Positions 58,574-64,000 of a stretch of 64,000 bases of DNA are shown here, one piece after another (the first letter of the stretch is position 1; each line of letters opens with the position of its first letter). The stretch lies in IMG/VR virus record IMGVR_UViG_3300046170_000519, positions 1 to 64,000 of that record, one strand, 5' to 3'. Both the position numbers and the translations under genes were made by a program. The notes under the pieces were generated by a model, which saw only the letters and a list, made by a program, of their open reading frames with translations, was not told the DNA's origin and searched no databases.

Positions 58574-61378
58574 TTATTTAAGACTTAAAAAATCATCCCA
58601 ACTTTTCCAAGTACCTAATCTTTCAAAAACCTTTTGAGGCTCTTTAGGGATAAAAGAAGGGAAATTACTTTTATCAAGAGTACGCTTCCAATAATTAGCA
58701 CTAGGACATTTTAATGGAGCAACCCAAATTTTGCATTCTTCATAAGAACCAAATTTTTCATTTCCTAAAAAATAAGTCCATCCTTGCCATTCATTCTTGT
58801 AAACACAATCGGGGTTTTTAGGGACGCCAAGAGGTAATTCTATACTTTTGTATTCCTTATGAGATTTAATTTTCATTGCTCTGACTTTTTTAACGGCAAC
58901 TGAAAAAGGAAGCCATTCTTGGAGTCTATTGGTATAACCCAAGAAATGACCCCAATTTTGCCAACACCCTTGTCTTTTGTAAACACTTTCGGGAGATTTT
59001 GGAAAATCATGTGGAGGAACAAGTAAATCTGGCATTTTACCTCTCACCCATTGCGAGAATTGCTTATTACTTGTAAAATTTAAAGGTTGAACTATCTTCA
59101 TCGCCTCTTCCATACTCATTATTTCTCGCAAATGACTTTCCGTTTTAAGAAAAACATTCCAACCTTGCCATTCTTTTTTATATGTAGAATGAGGAAAGTT
59201 GGGTACATTATCAGGCTTCACAGGAAAACCTTTAAGTTCACCTTTTTTCCATTTTGTAAATTGGGAACTGCTAGTAATGCCAATATTTATTAAATAATTT
59301 TGACATTCCGAGTAGGATAAATAGACAATAGCTTTCTTGCTTAAGAAATCATTCCAACCTTTCCACCCCTTATTTAAATAAGCTATTTGAGGATTTTTAG
59401 GTAAATTAAAATCTAAAGAAAGTGCATTTTCTTGCCACCAAGCTTTATATCCCTCAATACTTTGAAAATTTAAAGTTGCAACAAATTTTTTCGCAAATTC
59501 TATGGACACAAAATCCCCTTCGGCTTTACCTAAAAAATGAGCCGAACTTTTCCAATCGTCATATACCCCATTGGGATGCTTAGGTATATTAATTGGTCTT
59601 GGGGGCAAATGAGGCATATCACCATCCCACCATTTATGATAATCAATCATGCTTTCAAAACCTAAACTACGGACAAGTTTACAAAGCTCTTCAAAATTTA
59701 ACCAATCTTGTCTTTGACTAATATAACCAAAGAAATCTGCCGACCCTTTCCAATCTTTATGCCAAGGATGAGTTTCGGACTTTGGTTGCTCTATATGTTT
59801 AGGTAAACCTTTGGGGTAATTTTCGTCATAGTAATCGTGCCATTCTTTAAGACTTTTAATATTTAAAGGAGCAACATATTCTTTGGCTAAATGAAAAGGC
59901 ATAATACTACTCGCTCTATCAAGGGTAAGCTTAATTAAACCATCTTGGAGAAATTGAGGCAAATTTTGAAACAAAATCGTTTCACGAACTCCATCAAGAG
60001 CACCAACATTATTCATAAAAACATACTGATTAATATTCTCCACAATTCTTTCGTCATGACTCATTATTGCACTAATGACATTCATAACTGACTTATAATT
60101 TTTTTCGTCAACAAGCTCATCTACCAATTGATTATCAGATTGCAATAAGGGGAGCATTATTTGACTAACCTTTTCTCCACCTCTCAATGCTCTACCAATA
60201 CCTTGAACAATATCAACGACTGATTGCTTGGGGTCATTATAAATCACACAATCAATACCTGGAACATCGACGCCCTCAGTCAAACATCTAGCGTTAGTGA
60301 TAATTGCCTTTGGAGCATCTTCAAATCGCTTCAAAATATCACTTTTATTGGGTAAATTTCCATTTATATGAAAGATTTCATAACCCTCTAAATTAATATT
60401 ATCTGAGAAAAATTTAGCTCTCTCAATGCTTTGACAAAAAACAAGAACATGAGAACACCCACTTTCGTAAATAAAGCGTTCCGCAATTTTAATCTTAGCA
60501 TTTTGCTCGTCTTGATCTCCTAACAAACCATCCGCTTTCTTGTGACCACAAATTTGCACTTGAAAATCAGAAAGAAAACCGCTATCAATGCCTTGATTGA
60601 AAGACATATAGGTTAATTCTTCACCATAAATTGCAGGGTCATTCATGGAAGCAAAATCCTCATCATATAATCGACTCATTTTTGGAGTTGCAGTCATATA
60701 TAATCTGCGTTGACATCTAATTTTAGCGTCAAAATGGATGTCAGTTGATTGCTTGTCTATTTTTCCTGCGGTTCTATGTGCCTCATCGCAAATAGCTAAA
60801 TTAAATTGAAAGTTTTTACCTAAATAACTAAACGATTCTGTTATACGAGGCGAACTTTGGTAAGTGGAAATAATAATAAATTTTTGATGACGAGACATAT
60901 AGCCCGATTTACCTCTTCTTTTTTCCATACCTTGCTTTGGAGACTTTATGAAATTAGCTATTTCTTTTGGGTCTGTTGTAGGATTTAAATCATCAATAAA
61001 TTCTTTAGGATTCCATTGGTCAATACCATTGCCTAAATCATCCTTTGAGGAACAAACACATAAAACTTGAATGTTTTTAGGCAAATTTTTAGCAAAGAAT
61101 TTATAAATTTGATTAACCAAAAACAAACTAGGGCAAAGCATTAGTGTAGACTTTGATTGGAGAGCTTCGATTGCCCAAAGAGCTATAGCTGTTTTTCCTG
61201 CACCACAAGGTAGAATCGCTTGACCTCGATCAACTTTATTAACCATGAAGCCATGCATAATTTCATTCAACGCTTTTCGTTGATATGGTCGTGGGAAATA
61301 CTTTTTTTTATCTTCCCCAAAACTAAGTTTACGCAAGCGGTATTTAGGGACTTTTCTGACCTTTTGTTTTTTTGTCAT
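58574..61378 (-). CDS. Superfamily II (DEAH) helicase/ATPase with seven C-terminal P..P...Y..W.GW.DFLG repeats
   Basis: PCGAGKT, DEAHR, MTATP, EGVDVP, QGIGRALR motifs; start revised to MTKKQK from promoter geometry. Confidence 0.88.
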   Translation of the reverse strand: MTKKQKVRKVPKYRLRKLSFGEDKKKYFPRPYQRKALNEIMHGFMVNKVDRGQAILPCGAGKTAIALWAIEALQSKSTLMLCPSLFLVNQIYKFFAKNLPKNIQVLCVCSSKDDLGNGIDQWNPKEFIDDLNPTTDPKEIANFIKSPKQGMEKRRGKSGYMSRHQKFIIISTYQSSPRITESFSYLGKNFQFNLAICDEAHRTAGKIDKQSTDIHFDAKIRCQRRLYMTATPKMSRLYDEDFASMNDPAIYGEELTYMSFNQGIDSGFLSDFQVQICGHKKADGLLGDQDEQNAKIKIAERFIYESGCSHVLVFCQSIERAKFFSDNINLEGYEIFHINGNLPNKSDILKRFEDAPKAIITNARCLTEGVDVPGIDCVIYNDPKQSVVDIVQGIGRALRGGEKVSQIMLPLLQSDNQLVDELVDEKNYKSVMNVISAIMSHDERIVENINQYVFMNNVGALDGVRETILFQNLPQFLQDGLIKLTLDRASSIMPFHLAKEYVAPLNIKSLKEWHDYYDENYPKGLPKHIEQPKSETHPWHKDWKGSADFFGYISQRQDWLNFEELCKLVRSLGFESMIDYHKWWDGDMPHLPPRPINIPKHPNGVYDDWKSSAHFLGKAEGDFVSIEFAKKFVATLNFQSIEGYKAWWQENALSLDFNLPKNPQIAYLNKGWKGWNDFLSKKAIVYLSYSECQNYLINIGITSSSQFTKWKKGELKGFPVKPDNVPNFPHSTYKKEWQGWNVFLKTESHLREIMSMEEAMKIVQPLNFTSNKQFSQWVRGKMPDLLVPPHDFPKSPESVYKRQGCWQNWGHFLGYTNRLQEWLPFSVAVKKVRAMKIKSHKEYKSIELPLGVPKNPDCVYKNEWQGWTYFLGNEKFGSYEECKIWVAPLKCPSANYWKRTLDKSNFPSFIPKEPQKVFERLGTWKSWDDFLSLK

Positions 61379-61476
61379 GTCATGAATATTGCACAAAAAA
61401 TGTCATGAGTCAAGCATTAATAAACAACTAAATGCTACAATCGCTAAAATTAATAAAATATTTATTAAATAATTAA

Positions 61477-62530
61477 TCATACATCAAGTTTTCTTGGTAT
61501 TATTGAATTGCCATGCTCATCTTTATCTAAAGGAAGGACTATTTTAGCTTTAGAAGGGTCGGCAATAAAAATACGAGGATGGTTTTCTTCATCTAGTATT
61601 CTTTTTAAATTATTTGGATTAATCTCAACGCATTCTAGTAAGTCTTTTCCATTATGCTTATGAAGATCATAAGATTTTGGATACAAGCCTTCTTCTTGAT
61701 TGAGATAACAAATTATTCTTCCATATTTATAACGAGTTTTCCCTTTATAATAAATGTAACTTCCAATTTCAAAAGATTTTTTTTCAAACAATTTATGGCG
61801 AGGCACATAATATTTAGTGTTGTCTCTTTTTATTTTAAATGTTTTATATTCTCCATAAAAACTTTCAATAGGCAATAAAGTTTTAGAGTTAACTAAAATA
61901 CATTCTAGTGTTGGATTTTTTTTAACATCATCAAGAATAGATACAATTTGACCTACTCGCCTCTTTAATTTTAAAGATTTTTCTTTTATATAATCTCCTA
62001 TTTCTAATTTGCTATTATTTTTTTTCATTTGCATTTAAATCTTTTTTAAGTTTCTTTTCAATAGAAAAACTGCAAAAGGGGCTATGTCTATATATACCAA
62101 CCATAAAAGATTTTGCTTTATTAGCTTTTGCTCCAAAACTATGTGGGGTTACTCGTGACCCACAATTTCTGCAAGGAGCAAGACCTTTATGCAAAGCCTT
62201 TTTTAAGACGTGGTCTTTAGGAAGATGCCAATCAAGGTAGTTAATAATATACCTCTCTTCTTTTTCAGAAAAAGCATTTGTTTTATTTTTCTTTCTAAAA
62301 TCTAATTTTAATGAGTAAAGTTTTTCATGAAGCTTTGGAAACTCACTATCAATACGCACATCTAAAATCTCATGCATCTCGACCCCAAAGGGCGTTCCAA
62401 AATCTTTACCCCCTTTTCGATCATAAGTTGATTTATGATGTCCATGAGCCAAATTTAAAAAAAGTAACGAAATAAGTATTTTTATAATTTTCATAATAAC
62501 CAAACTAAAAGAAAAGAAAGGAGATGTCAA
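61477..62530 (-). CDS. Hypothetical genes 61477-62034 and 62015-62530 (the second has a signal-peptide-like start)
   Basis: ORF track. Confidence 0.55.
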
Positions 62531-63531
62531 GCTTTTTGGAAATTTTGTTTAAGAAGTCTAATAGCTTTATCTTTCTGCTTAACTTCACACTCCCATTTAA
62601 CTTGTTTGCTTGGCTCTATCGCTATAATAGGCGGAGTGTTACCAAGGGCAAAATAATCGGCATGGGCGCGAGGTTTTTGTGGAGTCCCCTCAGACCAATG
62701 AAACACAGGAGCAATAAAATTGTTATCACCATCTCCTTGATTAACCCACGTGTAGGCACAACGTTCTGCTTGAAATGCGACATTGTGATCTTCTGATGGA
62801 TTGCAAAAATCATGAAGATTATCATAGCAGACAGGGATATTTGCACCAAATGTTTCAAACAAATACTCGCTTAATTTAATGCAATTATCCACATTAAAAA
62901 AACCTTTGTCTTCATTCTCGATAGTAAGACGCTTGTAAACACCTTTATCGCACATAGAAAGATTGCGAAAAAATCTAGTCGCAACTATTTCTAAGCTTTC
63001 ATCCATTTTTGGGGTGTAATTGATATGAATGTTCATTGGCGCAGTATGATCTTGCGGAAGACCTAACATATCAAGAACACTCGCTTGAAAATTTAATTCT
63101 TTAATGGTTCTAGCTACCGCATCTCTATTGGTAGAAGCAAGAACATTGAATTGGTCGGGGTGAGAACCAATTGTAAGATTGAATTTTTTGGCAATTTTAC
63201 CTGCGAATTTTAATTCTTCTTTTATTGAAACTCTATCGGGCAAATCTTCATAGTTGACATCTGTATTATCATCTGTAATGAGCGGAAAAAGAGCAGAACT
63301 AAGACGATAATGTAAAATACCATTGTTAATGCAATGACGAATAATGTAACGAGTGACGCGAGCATTGTGAAGAATTCTGCTAGACAAATCTTTGATAGCT
63401 TGATCTCTGCCATTTTGTAAGGAAAGATCGCTAAATCTTTTTCTAGTCATTGTTCTAAAAGAATACTTTTTTTTATCTTTATCTTTTAATTCTTCGCTAA
63501 TGCAAGTTAAGCCTAGTATTTGATCAGTCAT
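62527..63531 (-). CDS. uvsE: UV damage endonuclease UvsE/UvdE (334 aa)
   Basis: YRLSSALFP, SHPDQF, NIH, TIENED, YDNLH, FHWSEG, AHADY metal-binding motifs. Confidence 0.93.
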   Translation of the reverse strand: MTDQILGLTCISEELKDKDKKKYSFRTMTRKRFSDLSLQNGRDQAIKDLSSRILHNARVTRYIIRHCINNGILHYRLSSALFPLITDDNTDVNYEDLPDRVSIKEELKFAGKIAKKFNLTIGSHPDQFNVLASTNRDAVARTIKELNFQASVLDMLGLPQDHTAPMNIHINYTPKMDESLEIVATRFFRNLSMCDKGVYKRLTIENEDKGFFNVDNCIKLSEYLFETFGANIPVCYDNLHDFCNPSEDHNVAFQAERCAYTWVNQGDGDNNFIAPVFHWSEGTPQKPRAHADYFALGNTPPIIAIEPSKQVKWECEVKQKDKAIRLLKQNFQKA

Positions 63532-63617
63532 AGTATATAATATGACATAAAATTAAAAAACGTCAATAATAAAAAAAGATTTGACTTTCAAAAAAAGATT
63601 TGTAAGATTAAGGCATT

Positions 63618-63863
63618 ATGAAAAGAGGTAGACCAAAAGGATATAGTCCGTACACTGAAATTACTTACGAAGAATTAGCTGATTGGGTCGGGAGGAAGGC
63701 AAAAATACCCGTCTCAAAAAAATGGCTTCAAGCTCTTATGGGCGAAAATACAAATGAGGAATCAAGCGATTTTTTTGTTGACGACAGTTCAATGAAAGAT
63801 TATGATACACCTCAATTAGAATCCAAAATAGAATACACCTTAACCCATTTTGAAAATGAATAA
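63618..63863 (+). CDS. Small protein with an AT-hook-like N-terminus (81 aa)
   Basis: MKRGRPKG; divergent sigma70-like promoter TTGACT...TAAGAT. Confidence 0.7.
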   Translation: MKRGRPKGYSPYTEITYEELADWVGRKAKIPVSKKWLQALMGENTNEESSDFFVDDSSMKDYDTPQLESKIEYTLTHFENE

Positions 63864-64000
63864 TTATTTCTCTCATTTAGTTGGACAACAAGCAGTAAAA
63901 AAGAAATTATCTTTTTATTTAGACGCCTTTAATAAGACTTCTCAAGCTCCTTTTTTGCTCATGTCGGGAGCAAAAGGTTTAGGTAAAACTGAATTTGCGA
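63856..64000 (+). CDS. ruvB: RuvB-like AAA+ ATPase, N-terminal fragment (runs off the window end)
   Basis: MNNYFSHLVGQQAVKKKLSFYLDAF...PFLLMSGAKGLGKTEFA: 'VGQ' and Walker A as in RuvB. Confidence 0.7.
   Translation, partial: MNNYFSHLVGQQAVKKKLSFYLDAFNKTSQAPFLLMSGAKGLGKTEFA

Noticed and set aside
1-64000. Stop-codon reassignment (as in some large phages)
   Set aside because: Long conserved genes (terL, portal, MCP, rIIA, helicase) are uninterrupted in the standard code, and TAG/TGA serve as genuine stops.
1-64000. Prophage or integration module
   Set aside because: No integrase, repressor, att site or host genes are visible in this window.

Overview
This 64 kb window is part of a large, AT-rich, apparently lytic tailed phage (Caudoviricetes) genome in the standard genetic code. 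No integrase, repressor, IS element or CRISPR array was seen. (1) 1-24.2 kb, minus strand: a late/virion operon. It runs from PhoH, a phage sigma factor and an ERCC4 nuclease through large terminase, portal, prohead protease/scaffold, capsid decoration and major capsid protein, neck, tail tube and chaperones to the start of the tape measure. Many of these genes follow a GTGTA(A/T/G) motif. The presumed head-tail adaptor is fused to 37 x 10-aa Thr-rich repeats and a Cys-rich domain. A sulfotransferase-like gene flanked by ~90-bp direct repeats and a methyltransferase sit inside the head module. (2) 24.4-34.4 kb: a convergent early region of tiny genes with leaderless sigma70 promoters (TTGnnn-N17-TAnnnT-N6-ATG). 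It is punctuated by nine copies of a 72-73 bp element: two 25-bp palindromic double IHF-consensus arms around a 22-23 bp GC-rich spacer with an invariant central GCNGC. Several gene stop codons coincide exactly with element ends. (3) 35-64 kb, mostly minus strand: a candidate ~190-nt CCA-ending tRNA-like ncRNA, a GT47 glycosyltransferase, rIIA/rIIB, tRNA-Cys, SprT, HNH, a second sulfotransferase, a macrodomain, a repeat-bearing SF2 helicase, UvsE, the start of a RuvB-like ATPase, and many small hypothetical genes. All protein assignments come from motifs read by eye plus synteny; no database search was run.
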